A program made the position numbers and the translations under genes. Shown here piece by piece: positions 52,021 to 63,084 of a stretch of 64,000 nt of DNA (positions are counted from its first letter, which is position 1; the number at the start of each line of letters is the position of its first letter). The notes under the pieces are model-generated. The model saw only the letters and a program-made list of their open reading frames with translations. It had not been told where the DNA came from and ran no database searches. The DNA lies in contig CM097885.1 in the NCBI GenBank assembly GCA_044892525.1, positions 109,492,001 through 109,556,000 of the forward strand, given 5' to 3'. Source of the stretch: Schmidtea polychroa (lineage: Eukaryota).

Positions 52021-54019
52021 ATGAAAGATTAATGAAACTTAATGTCGAGAGTGATTAATACATAAAAATAAACTATAATTTCCTACCATTTTAAATTTAT
52101 TGATTAAAACGATTAAAAAATAGAAAATCAATAATAACTAAAAGTTTTTCTAAGAATTTATTAATTTCAAATTCAGTCGGAATAGACCGAGCTAATTAAT
52201 ATTATTATTAAAAAATTATAAAAATTCTCACTATAAAGTTAATAGTAAAATTTTTATCTATCACAATGAACTTTTGTTTGGTTGTATTTTTTATTGTATT
52301 TTTAAAAATCGAAATATGTTGAAAAGATAATTAGTTGCGCAGTGTTCATATAAAATCATAATAAATGACTTTTGTTTGTTTTTGACGTTACTCGTTTCAA
52401 TCAAACTATTTATATATTTATTTTACTGACAATAATTATTTGAACTGCAAATATTAATTCTTAGTTTGTATTTGACAGATTTGATCTCATTATAATGTTA
52501 ATTGCAATAATTATTTTTTAAGTAATGATTTAAAATTAGATCAAAATTGTCTTACCAAAGCATGGTTTGAATGTAGTGACTTAGCTTTTCATGTATTTAT
52601 ATTTTAATTCTAAAATTGACAGGTCACCTCAAGTCATTTAAATTTTTTATTTGAAAGAAAGTTTAGAAATTAAATGATAAAAAGCAGTACCGAAAATTGG
52701 CGTTGTTTAAAAAATATTGATCTGAAGAAAAAAATTAATTGAAGATAAATGAAATTGTAACTGAAAAGGACAAATTTATTTTATATTTATATAATGATTA
52801 GTAGTAGATTTTTAAATATAAATTTTTGAATGTTAAATTTTAAATATTAAAATAGTAAATTAGTTTGATAAATTATTTTGAAAGTATTCAATTCAAGGCT
52901 GAAGAAGTTTGTTTAAAAATTAAACAATATTGTATTATTAATAAACTTTTGGATTATGATTTTATTTACTGAAAACGATATAGAAAATGTTCCCGTAACA
53001 TCTAACAGTAATTATCTTTTAACAGTTATCTTTTTGTACCTAAAAGATCTAGGAATTGTAATCTTTAGTTACTCGGTTACTCTGACTCCTAGTGTTTTTT
53101 GATAAAAAAAAGTAATAATAACTTTCAATGTAAAATGAAATATTTCAAATTTGTAGTATTAGCTAATTTCAAAAAAAGAGCCGAGTCTTATCTCTACTGT
53201 CACTAGTTGTTGGGACTCTGTATAATATAATAACATAATTAATTTTAGATATCTGCCAAACGACCTTTTGATTCTTCAGATTAAATTTTCTTCTCATTAG
53301 AGTTCCTCTAAATACGAAATCTTAATTCAATTTTCTTTTGTCGCAATTAATTACCCTTTGTTCTATTGTCACTTTCTTCTTTGTATAATGTTTATCTTCT
53401 ATGATTAGAAAAATAAACAATTACAATTTTTTTTAAATAATAAATTGTATTTTCGTTATTAACGATTTTTATGAAATTTCTCTTACGAAGAACTTGTAGA
53501 ATTCCACTTCTAGTGGAATTAATTTTTCAATACCTATCTGAGGCTAATGACCGATTTCTAAATGTCACTTCTCTTTATATAATTTATCAATACAAGCCTA
53601 GTTTAGCCTAAGCCATTAATTATAAAGATTATTAAAAATTCCCCTTAAAAATTATTTGCTTAATTAATGATCTTATTGTTGGATATAATAAAATTTCAAT
53701 CTCAGATTTATTATTAGTTAATTTAAAGGACGTTCTTAATATCAAAAAAAGAAAACAGTGAAAGGTGATTAAAAAATTAAGAGATTTTACTGATAATATT
53801 TTTAATTATCATGATCATTTCATTTTTAATTTATTTATAAAAAAGTGAAATATACAATTATTTATAAATTTATGTTATTTTATTCTGACTGGGTGTTCTA
53901 GATTTAAATTTTTTGATGTTTGACAAATGAGGGAGTTTAAAAGGGGAACAAAATTTTGTGCCTCATTTATTGAATTCCATTTGACCTTAAAAAAATAGAA
54001 TTCAATTATTTAGAATAAC

Positions 54020-54119
54020 CTGATTTCCTTTGTTAATTGATCCTTCATCTAAAATTTATTTAACAAAATGCTAATATAAAATTTATTTTCGTACCAGCAT
54101 CATACGACCCATCTTCTTC
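54020..54119 (-). CDS. Two micro-exons (54119-54095, 54048-54020) continuing the kinesin: EEDGSYDAD|EGSINKGNQ
   Basis: Strong acceptors and donors, 46-nt intron, phase 0 to 1 to 0, matching the phase-0 donor at 56283. Confidence 0.6.
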
Positions 54120-56282
54120 CTAAAAATAATTTAATTTTAGAATTCATTTATAAAAATATTCAACAATTTAATTATATCAATTTACGTATTTGTTTTCGTT
54201 ACTACTACCTTACCGCAAAATAATTTCTTAACTAGTTTTAATAATTTCAATTATAAATTAAAATCGAATTTCTGACAATGAAATTCCATTATATTTTATT
54301 TTGAAAAGACTTGAATTAAATAATTCAAAATGAATATGATTTTAAATATTAATTTAAATAATAATCTTGTTTTAAACTATCAGTTTTATTTATATGACCT
54401 TGAAAAATTGATATAATCGTTTTGTTGCTATGAATTTTAAACGATTGATGAATTATAAATTTGAACTTTTACAGAAATAATGTTACTTTTGTTTATTAAA
54501 TTTGATTGTTTATAATGTAGTTGATTTAGTCATTTTTTATGTACGAATATTTTTAATAAGTTGTATGTAGAACCATAGTTGATAGATTTATACAACTCTT
54601 CGATTAGATTAAAAGAGTGCATTCTGATTTGTAAATAAATTTAAAGTACCAAAAATAACAATTAAATTATTTTTTTTCTTTGCACTGTATATAAAGGGTT
54701 TAGAATGAACTGTTGTTTAATAGTATTAATTATTCCTATAAATTTTATATCCTTTTTAGATTTTATAAAATTTAAAACAAATCTATGAACAAGTGAGAAA
54801 TTTTCCACAATTATTCAAGACTCATTTTAATGTTCTATTTATGACTGGACAAAATTTCCAAGTCCAGATTAGGTCTATTCAAAGTATCAAGACAGAATAT
54901 TCTGGAACATTTTAATAAGAAACGATTACCAAAAATTTTGAAAAGCACAAGAAATATTTTATTGTAATTTTCAACTTTTATTAATATGAACTTATAAATG
55001 ATGAAAAATGGAAACTTTCGAAGATGAATTAAAAGTTTTTATTTGAAACACGGTCGAATGTAGAGATAACAAAACATCATCATACATTTCACATAAATCT
55101 TAATTTTCTTATAAAAATTTTTGATAGGGATCATTGCATAATAACGTCACGTCAAAAATGATCATTTCTGATATCACCCACCCACCTTGTCACGTTTGGT
55201 CACATTTCTGTTGATTCACTCTCCCACCCCTCCTCATAGTGACGTCATTTTATTTTTCACGAAATGAGGGTAGCCTAGTGGAACCATACGGTCCTCTAGA
55301 CTGCTTTTTCTGATTTCTTTGTCTGGCATTGCAAACAAGTATTGTTATTATAATGAAAAAAAACCCGATGTTTTTTAACTACTTTTTGAATCATAACCCA
55401 AAGGTAGGGTGGTTAATACACAGTACAAACAATCATTTGTACCGATAAAACTATTTAAAATTGATACTCTGTCGCATGATCATGCCTTGAACTGTTTTGC
55501 ATTGGTTTTCGAAGCAAATCCGAATATATAAAAGCTTCTTGGTTCATATTGCTTTCTTCAAAATACTGAATTGAATTATTTAAGATTACATTGCTTCGTG
55601 CGAAAATATAGCTTTATAAATTTCTACAACATCGATTAAAGTAAGTTTTACATCCACATCTGCTTCACAATCCTTAATTGAATCCCAATGTTCAAGATAT
55701 TCCAATGTTTCAAGATATTACACGACATTATCCATTTAAAAATACTTAAGTTCTTTTTCAAAGATAATCTGTTTACTTCGAGTTAGGGAATTACCTCTTA
55801 TAACTGTAAATTGACGAGCCAAATCAAAAGCATGGCCTCGAATTCCTTTATCGATTACATAAAATAGTTTGAAAACAGAAAATTTTCGTACTCTTGCCTT
55901 AAAAACATATAATTCCTGAGCCCAATCACCGAAGAAGCAAAATCAAATTTGATAGTATATGCAATCACCAAGTTTCCCAGGTTTGCTTTTTTGTCTACAC
56001 CATGTGGTTAGTTCGGTTCATTAGATTATTGAAATCCAAGATATATTCGCTAAAGATTTGATTTGTCGATCAAGCCTTATTACTTTACCTATGGACATAT
56101 GGTAAAGAAATATAAATATGGACATATATTTATATTATTCATCTATTTAAAATGTTTCATATCTATTTTGGTTGTTCAAAAATCTGTATCTAGCGGTGCG
56201 ACAGCTAAATTTTATTGGCCAAAGGATGAAACTTGGACGAAAACTGACTTAAAACAAATGTTTTTTTCAATTTAGAACTTAC

Positions 56283-59200
56283 TGCTGAACTGTATCTTTT
56301 GTATGATATACTATTTTTTCTTTGTTTTGTCCAGTTTCGCGACATCTCATCGACCTATTAACAAAATTCCATCAATTAATTTGTATTAATAAAATTTCAG
56401 AAATATAAATTGACCACCTTTTGTGATTTTATGAGCAAATCTTCTGGTATTTGCTGAAAAATTTATATTAAAATTGACCGAATTTTTTCCAAAATTACTT
56501 TGCTATTTAACTGATTTTGTAATATTTTTATTTGCTCCCTCAATTCTCTTATCAGTTTTACATTTGCATCCTGAAATTAATTTCAATAATTAAAAATTCT
56601 TTAAAAATTTTAATACTTCATTGACAATTGGAGTGTTCTTAATTTCTTTGGTTCTTTTAGCGAATCGCAGAGTTGCTATAGTTTCGTTGTAGAATTTTCC
56701 GTTCGGCGTAATGGCTACACAACTTTTAATTATTTGACGCAGATAAAATATCTCATTTATAATTTATACCAAAGAATGTCTACTTTCAAAATTAAGTAGT
56801 AGGTGAATAGAAGAAAATAATTTTAATTATTACAGTAACATTTAACGTGTTTAAGTTATTCTTGGACACTTAAGAAAAAATGTGAAATATTATTTTAATT
56901 ATTTTATTTTACACAAAAATAAAATTTTTATTCAAGTATATTAATAAAAGCCTATTTTAATAATAATTAATATTCGTAATTAGTATTCGTAAATATTATT
57001 TGTATATTTTTCATAAAGTACGAAAAATAAATAATTAAAAATAATAATTAAAATTAAATGGTAAAAATTAAAAATATATAATATTAATAAATATTATTAT
57101 TGACTTCACTTTTCTTAAGATAAAGACAAATGATTTCTTGAATAAAAAGTAATTTCAACATTAAATTTTATTTTTGGACAAAATTATAGCATGATCCGTT
57201 TATTTTTGGAACCTATGAAGATTCTTTGATATTTTTGTATTACTGTATGGCAAGATTCATTAATTGTTTTATTGACATTTTAATGGGTTATAACAATTAT
57301 ATAACAATACACATGCTTCCTCCTTTTTTAGATCTTCTATTGAAAAACTATAATTTGGAAATAAATTTTATTAATATCAAAGACAAAAGTGTGAGAGTGA
57401 ACTTTGACTGATGAAAAAAGCCAAACACTGGAACGATCAATTTCAGAAAAAATCTGCACAAGAACTCCAATATGAAAATAATTTTTGAATTTGTGGTTGC
57501 ATTATACGCGTTATTCAAATAAATTTTTATTGGTTTTTATAATTTAACATTATTTTAATTTTCATATAATAAATTAATATAAAGAACTAGACTTCAATAA
57601 TTGACACTTCAGGCATTTTCCGAAAATGGCAATTAAAATGTTCATAGAGTAAAACGAGTTTTTGCCTAAATTACTAATTTATGTTTTCAACAATTCACCG
57701 AGTTTTCTTTTCTATATTAAATTTATGGATCATATAAAAGAATGGAAAAAATCAAAAAATCAAATAATGAAACATGACTAGGTCATTTTTTAATTGAAAA
57801 GTACACAGCAAAAAAGGGAAAACAAAAACAAAACAAAATAAAATTTAAACGGGCATAATTTGACAGCCTGATCGAAATAAGGAAAAGAGGTCACAATGGA
57901 AGCCGGGAGATGGCATCTTCTGCCAGGCATATTAGGAGAATTGGAGAGGACCAAACGAAATGTGCGGGAAAAAATATTGAAATTGAAGTCTATATCAATA
58001 AGTGCTATTAGATTGTGGACTATAAAAAACACGCCTGGAGTTAAAACTGAGTTGAATACTGAGTTGAAAACTGAAGAAAGAGAAACAAAAACAAGACAGA
58101 ATTTGTAAAGAGAAGAAAATAAAAATTCTAAAGAAAGGAAGAAAAACCACTAGGACAAATCTACAGATTATTGAAACCAGAAACAATAGTCAAGTGGTTG
58201 TGAATTTCAAGATGTATTGTTGTTTTCCTCCTGAATGAGTTGTCTTTGTGTCACTCTAAATCGGTAATCAATTGTTTTAATCAATAAAGTTTATATTGTC
58301 GGGAACTCGTTATTGTTATTAAAGAAGGCACGCTTTGGAGTGAGATCAATAATTGATAATATTTAAATTTACCCACAACACCAACAAAATCAACAAAATA
58401 TATTTTATTATTTTCTAACACTAGAATTTGTGTTATGGAATGCAGTAATTGATCATATGTAGCTATTTTACAGGCCACCATTGACCTTGTTTATTGAAAA
58501 TGAGAACATTTAAAATATATATATTCCTGTGAAAATAATATTTACTTCCAATCATTGTTGTTAAGGAATTTCCACCGAGAGAATCTTTCAATATCCAAGT
58601 CAATTTCGAGTTTCGATAAGGAATGTAAGAAGTCTTGTCTGCTTTAAGACTTAATTTGGCTAAATGAAGAAATAAAAACCATTTTCTTAATTTCGATATA
58701 TTTTACCTAAAGCATCAATTACTGTACCAAGATTCATTAATGACTTGTTTATGCTTGACCCTTCTCTTTGTCTTTCATAAGAATATATAGGTGAATCCAA
58801 ACTTGAACGCTCACTACATTTTAAACAAATTTATTTAATATAACAAAAATAATGAAAATGATTTAAATCAATGTTAATTACTTGTTGGGCCAAAATTAAA
58901 AAAAAATAAAATAAAATTATACTATAATGATTTTGTTGAAATATGTCGGTAACACAACACAAAAACAGCATTAAGTTGAGTAAAACTCAAAACACGATGA
59001 AACACCAAATAAACAATTAAATATGGAGAAAATATACACAAAAAATCATAATGGATTAAAAAATAAATTTTTTTACGGATGTCTAACAATAAAATAAGAT
59101 AAAAATTACAAGCTTTGTGATACCCATTGCAAATCCCAATAGTAGACTAGTTTCGAGCTTTTGGCTCTCATCAGTACTATGCAGTGTATGCTGTGTATGA

Positions 59201-61922
59201 CGGTGTCTTCAGAGGCGAATATGATTTTTCATACGCCATGTTTACAAGTTTGCAGATATTTGTTTCTGTGATTTAGCGAATTTGCAAGTGATGTGATTTC
59301 CAGTGTAGCAGGTAAAGTATGCAATAGAGTTGAATCAGCAATATTGTATACTTACCAGGTGCGAAGAGAAATCTTCGCGTCTCCTGCATAGTACTGATGA
59401 GAGCCAAAAGCTCGAAACTAATCTACTATTGGGATTTGCACTGGGTATCACAAAGCTTGTAATGTTTATCTTAAAAAAATCATAAATATAAAAATAATAT
59501 TCAAATAATTGATGTTCAAGAAGTTCAGCAATAAAATAATACAAACATAACAAAAAAGATATTACAAAATTAAAACAAATTCAAGGAAAATAAGAAATAA
59601 ATTATAAAAATAAAATTTTAGCAAAAATAATTAAAAAGTAATATAAGAAATGGAAAAATACAATTGTAATTAGTTAAATTATCAAAAAAAGAATGAAAAA
59701 TCTCACAATCCAATAAGGAATTGCGAATAAAGTAAATTAAATAAATTAGAAATTTTAGGAAGTTAATAAAAATAGATTAGAAAAGACATTAAAATATAAT
59801 GCAAAAGACTTAAAGGGTAAAAAACGAATAATAACTGCGAAATCAATCATGGAATAGCAAATAACATAAATTAATTACAGTGTATATTTGAATAAATAAA
59901 TTCATTCTACAAGACTACTATAGTAATTAATTTAGAAACAGTTTCAACAACTAAATGGAATAATTGGTGAATAAATAGCTAAAAAATAGAACCAGTAGAC
60001 AACGCAACATTTGAATCGCTTAAAAGAAGGAAATTTGGTAAGAGCATAAATTTGTCGAAATTACTTTTCTAGACATTTTTTCAGAGTTGTAATTTTGTAA
60101 TTTCAAAGGGATAATATAATAGAATAATCAATATTTATTGAATTGCAATTTGCTTTCTTGAAATTGTCTTATTTTTAGTTTATTAGTATGCGAGCTTTAT
60201 ATACTTTATATGACAGCAGTTTTCAATGGTTTATGTTGTGGTTCGTCCTTATGTAAGATGGTTAGTTATAATTTTCTATAATATAATTTAGCCAGCGATT
60301 TTACGAATAGAGTTTACAATTTATAAATATGGTTATTGTATACCGTCAACAAAGTAATTTATTGTCTTGAAAAAGGCAAACATAATTTATAAAACTTTTA
60401 AACTTGATAATAATTTGCAGTTAAACATAAATAAAAATAGATAAGAACTTTAATGAAATTTTTAGGTCTGTTTAACTGATTAATTTGAAATATTTGATAT
60501 ATGGCGATATTCAGAGTATTAGTCTGAAAATGGGAACGATATATGTCCATTTGCAAGTCTATTAAAATCAGGACAAATAAAATTTTTTTTGTGTAATATT
60601 ATTTAATTGATTTACATAGATCTACAATTCTTATGTCTGGTGTTGAGTAAGGTGACCAGATTTTTAGATGGGCAAAGCGGGACAGCTTTGAAGGAGGGGG
60701 ATATCAACAAAAATTTTCATATAGAATAAAAATAATATGTAATATTTTTTGATTTTTAGCATAAGTACAATTTATAAATATAGAAAATTGTATAATATTT
60801 TATTCCTTGACATATTTTTTATGCATTTTGATGCGAGATAGATCGTGAAAAATCGGGACGTCTGGTCACCTTAGTGTTGAGTGTCTAACTACAACGGGGA
60901 CCGTGAAGCAAATCGGACACATATTTTTCATTGATAGTTGGTGGATTCATGAGAACTTTAACTAACTATAGTTCACCAACTATATTTATTAACATTCATC
61001 CATTCGACATATACTAACTTTGTTTATTCAACGCGTGTCTAGTGGTAGGGAAGCGTTGTATTCTGGGTTAAGCTGGTAAGGTATAATTTTGGTTATCTGT
61101 AATCACCAGTTTGAAGATTTGGAATTTTCTCAANNNNNNNNNNNNNNNNNNNNNNNNNNNNNNNNNNNNNNNNNNNNNNNNNNNNNNNNNNNNNNNNNNN
61201 NNNNNNNNNNNNNNNNNNNNNNNNNNNNNNNNNNNNNNNNNNNNNNNNNNNNNNNNNNNNNNNNNNNNNNNNAAACATTCTTTAAACGAAATATTTTGAC
61301 AGTTTTCCTGTCATCATCAGGTAGGATATAATAACTATTTAAATTAAGGATTTTTAAAATATTAATACAATAAATATTTTTTTTTAAATCCTTAATTTAT
61401 ATAGTTATTATATCCTACCTGATATTGACAATAAAACTGTCGAAATATATCGTGAAAAGAATGTTTGATTGGCGATTTCTTATAATTAAATCATTGACTA
61501 TAATGATTACTAAAAATATCACAAAACTAAAATACAAGTTTCGGTCAATGAAATACAGCTAAATCCTTATTTCGTTTTCTTATAAATTTTTATAGTAACC
61601 ATAGACCGAGACTTGGTGAAGTTATTTGAAAGGAAAGATGTTCTGATGTTTGACTAATATAGGAAATTAAAACTACCTTGTAGAAAAAAGTATATATCTG
61701 ATTTTAAGAATAATAATATTTAAAATTTCAAACTAACCTGCCTGCCAAATCAACAAGATGAAATTTGCTTTTAAAGTCTTGAGGAGCTTCTGAATCCAAC
61801 ACAACCTAAAGAACACGGTAAGTTTGTTTTATAATAAAAAAAGTAATACATGTTGATAATGAATTGTCAAAATAGCATGACTCCTACTACTCTGGTCATG
61901 AATGTGGGTTGCTCCAATTGCT
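56283..61922 (-). CDS. STARD9: Kinesin-3 motor C-terminal half and neck, STARD9/KIF16A-like; exons 61922-61850, 61805-61738, 58813-58707, 58659-58546, 56714-56617, 56570-56499, 56453-56418, 56354-56283 (5' exons not found in the window)
   Basis: Spliced translation, all junctions GT-AG and in phase: RAIGATHIHDQSSRSHAILTIHYQH|VVLDSEAPQDFKSKFHLVDLAGS|ERSS...EGSSINKSLMNLGTVIDALA|KL...[75 protein letters not shown]...|QIPEDLLIKSQK|VDEMSRNWTKQ. Kinesin identity is certain. ATH-x-H before SSRSH, TIHY and EDANxKLIREL match STARD9 as I recall it, so the symbol is tentative. Confidence 0.9.
57785..58010 (-). mobile_element. 3' end fragment of a non-LTR retrotransposon (CR1/L2/Jockey-like)
   Basis: NIFSRTFRL...HLPASIVTS resembles the FFPRTxRLWNxLPxSIV C-terminal motif, followed by a T-rich UTR and an A-rich end. 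Confidence 0.4.
59139..59180 (-). ncRNA. Minimal type-I hammerhead ribozyme (intact core)
   Basis: AUAGUA-CUGAUGA-GAGC(CAAAA)GCUC-GAAAC-UA-GUC^UACUAU: 6-bp stem I, 4-bp stem II, minimal palindromic stem III, GUC cleavage triplet at 59147-59145. Confidence 0.85.
59388..59429 (+). ncRNA. Second hammerhead copy with a G16.2-to-A change (GAAACUAAUC)
   Basis: Same architecture on the plus strand. The substitution breaks the C-G pair of stem III. Confidence 0.75.
60648..60873. mobile_element. 226-bp hAT (Tip100-type) MITE
   Basis: Perfect 13-bp TIR TAAGGTGACCAGA / TCTGGTCACCTTA and perfect 8-bp TSD GTGTTGAG (60640-60647, 60874-60881). Confidence 0.93.
61134..61272. other. Assembly gap (139 N)
   Basis: Run of N. 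Confidence 1.
61273..61466. repeat. 194-bp imperfect palindrome (fold-back element)
   Basis: The left arm AAACATTCTTT...TCAGGTAGGATATAATAACTAT..AAATTAAGGATTT is mirrored by the right arm ending ...AAAGAATGTTT; ~90-bp arms with a short AT loop. Confidence 0.9.
61535..61615. mobile_element. Small MITE-like element with 16-bp inverted repeats
   Basis: CAAGTTTCGGTCAATG ... CATAGACCGAGACTTG (2 mismatches); no clean TSD. Confidence 0.4.
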
Positions 61923-62639
61923 CTAAATGAAAGTTACATTAATTCAATATTATACACGAAAAATATATAAAAAGTAATTCTCAAGGCAAGGAACTTTTGA
62001 TCAACCAACTAATTCATAACAATTTTCCTACTCAAAAATATTCTTTTCTGAATTTAGCATATTTATATAATAAACAAAACCAATTCAAATTATTTTCTTA
62101 GTGTAAATTTTATGTAGAAAATTCTAATGAGTTATCAGTAACATCAGTTATCCTTTTCTTTTCTGATTTGTTTTCAATTATTTTCAATTTTCATTTATCT
62201 TCATTCAGTGTTCGATTATAGATCAATGTTGTCTGTTTAACACAAATTTAGGCACTATCTTTTCCAAGTATTATTCCTAAATAGTAATTGAAAATAAATT
62301 AAAGTGATATCTATAACCAAATATAATTTATTATTAATGGAAAGGCAAATTGCAATTTTCTAAAGAATTCACTTGTAAACGTCTAATTGTAAATGTCAGT
62401 AATCTAGTAAATTACAATTTCGTGATCATCGGTTGTTGACAAAGTCGTTTCTTGACTTTTTTTGGCCAAACCCTCTTTAGGGATATTTTGTTTAAATTAA
62501 CTAAATTTTATGCCAAGTGAAATAAATATCAACGTTAAAATCTTTTTAATAAAGTGAAATTATTGCCTAGAAACATTAATGTCAATTTTGATTAACTACT
62601 AATTTCAATTTGACAATAAACTCAAGTGCTGGGTTACGG

Positions 62640-62780
62640 AAACACGAGAGTTGGGGAATCCAATTTCCTACAGTTCGTTCACATCCTGATTATTTTTATC
62701 GATGCATTCTCACAACAATAATCTGGCTCAAGTGCATTTTCAGTGTAACAATTTGTAGTAACAATATACTGTGAAAACGT
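62640..62780 (-). mobile_element. Possible decayed piggyBac transposase fragment
   Basis: IVTTNCYT...IRM*TNCRKL loosely resembles NVTTDNFFT...GTxRxNR. Confidence 0.3.
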
Positions 62781-63084
62781 AGAATTCTTACTGCAACTGG
62801 TTGATGTGTGTAGATCTAAAAGTAACCAGTTGGTCTTCAATGCGACTTTAAAAAGTTTGTGTTTCTTTTATCTTTGAAATAACCAAGATGATTCAAAACA
62901 ATTCATTTTAACAAAATGCCTATTAGCAACCGAGTTTCCTTTGGGTTTAAAAATATTATGCTTAATTATCGTACACTGTCAGTTTATGGCTAACTTTGTG
63001 AGATTGTATTAACACGAGTTCATCTTTTTGTAATAATGATCTAGTTAATTTTTAGTTTGTATTCGAAATTCGAGTACCGCTATA

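Larger units (their letters stand above)
59105..59463. mobile_element. Penelope-like element remnant with 80-bp inverted terminal repeats
   Basis: 59105-59184 and 59384-59463 are inverted copies with 2 mismatches, each containing a hammerhead core. Internal minus-strand LNHRNKYLQTCKHG* resembles a PLE ORF C-terminus. Confidence 0.7.

Noticed and set aside
57405-57440. CTGATGA at ~57408 (and the reverse copy at ~39353) as additional hammerheads
   Set aside because: No stem II or GAAA core follows.
62640-62690. DVNEL*EIGFPNSRVSVT as the missing upstream kinesin exon
   Set aside because: It contains an in-frame stop, lacks usable splice sites and would duplicate the verified RAIGATHIH exon.
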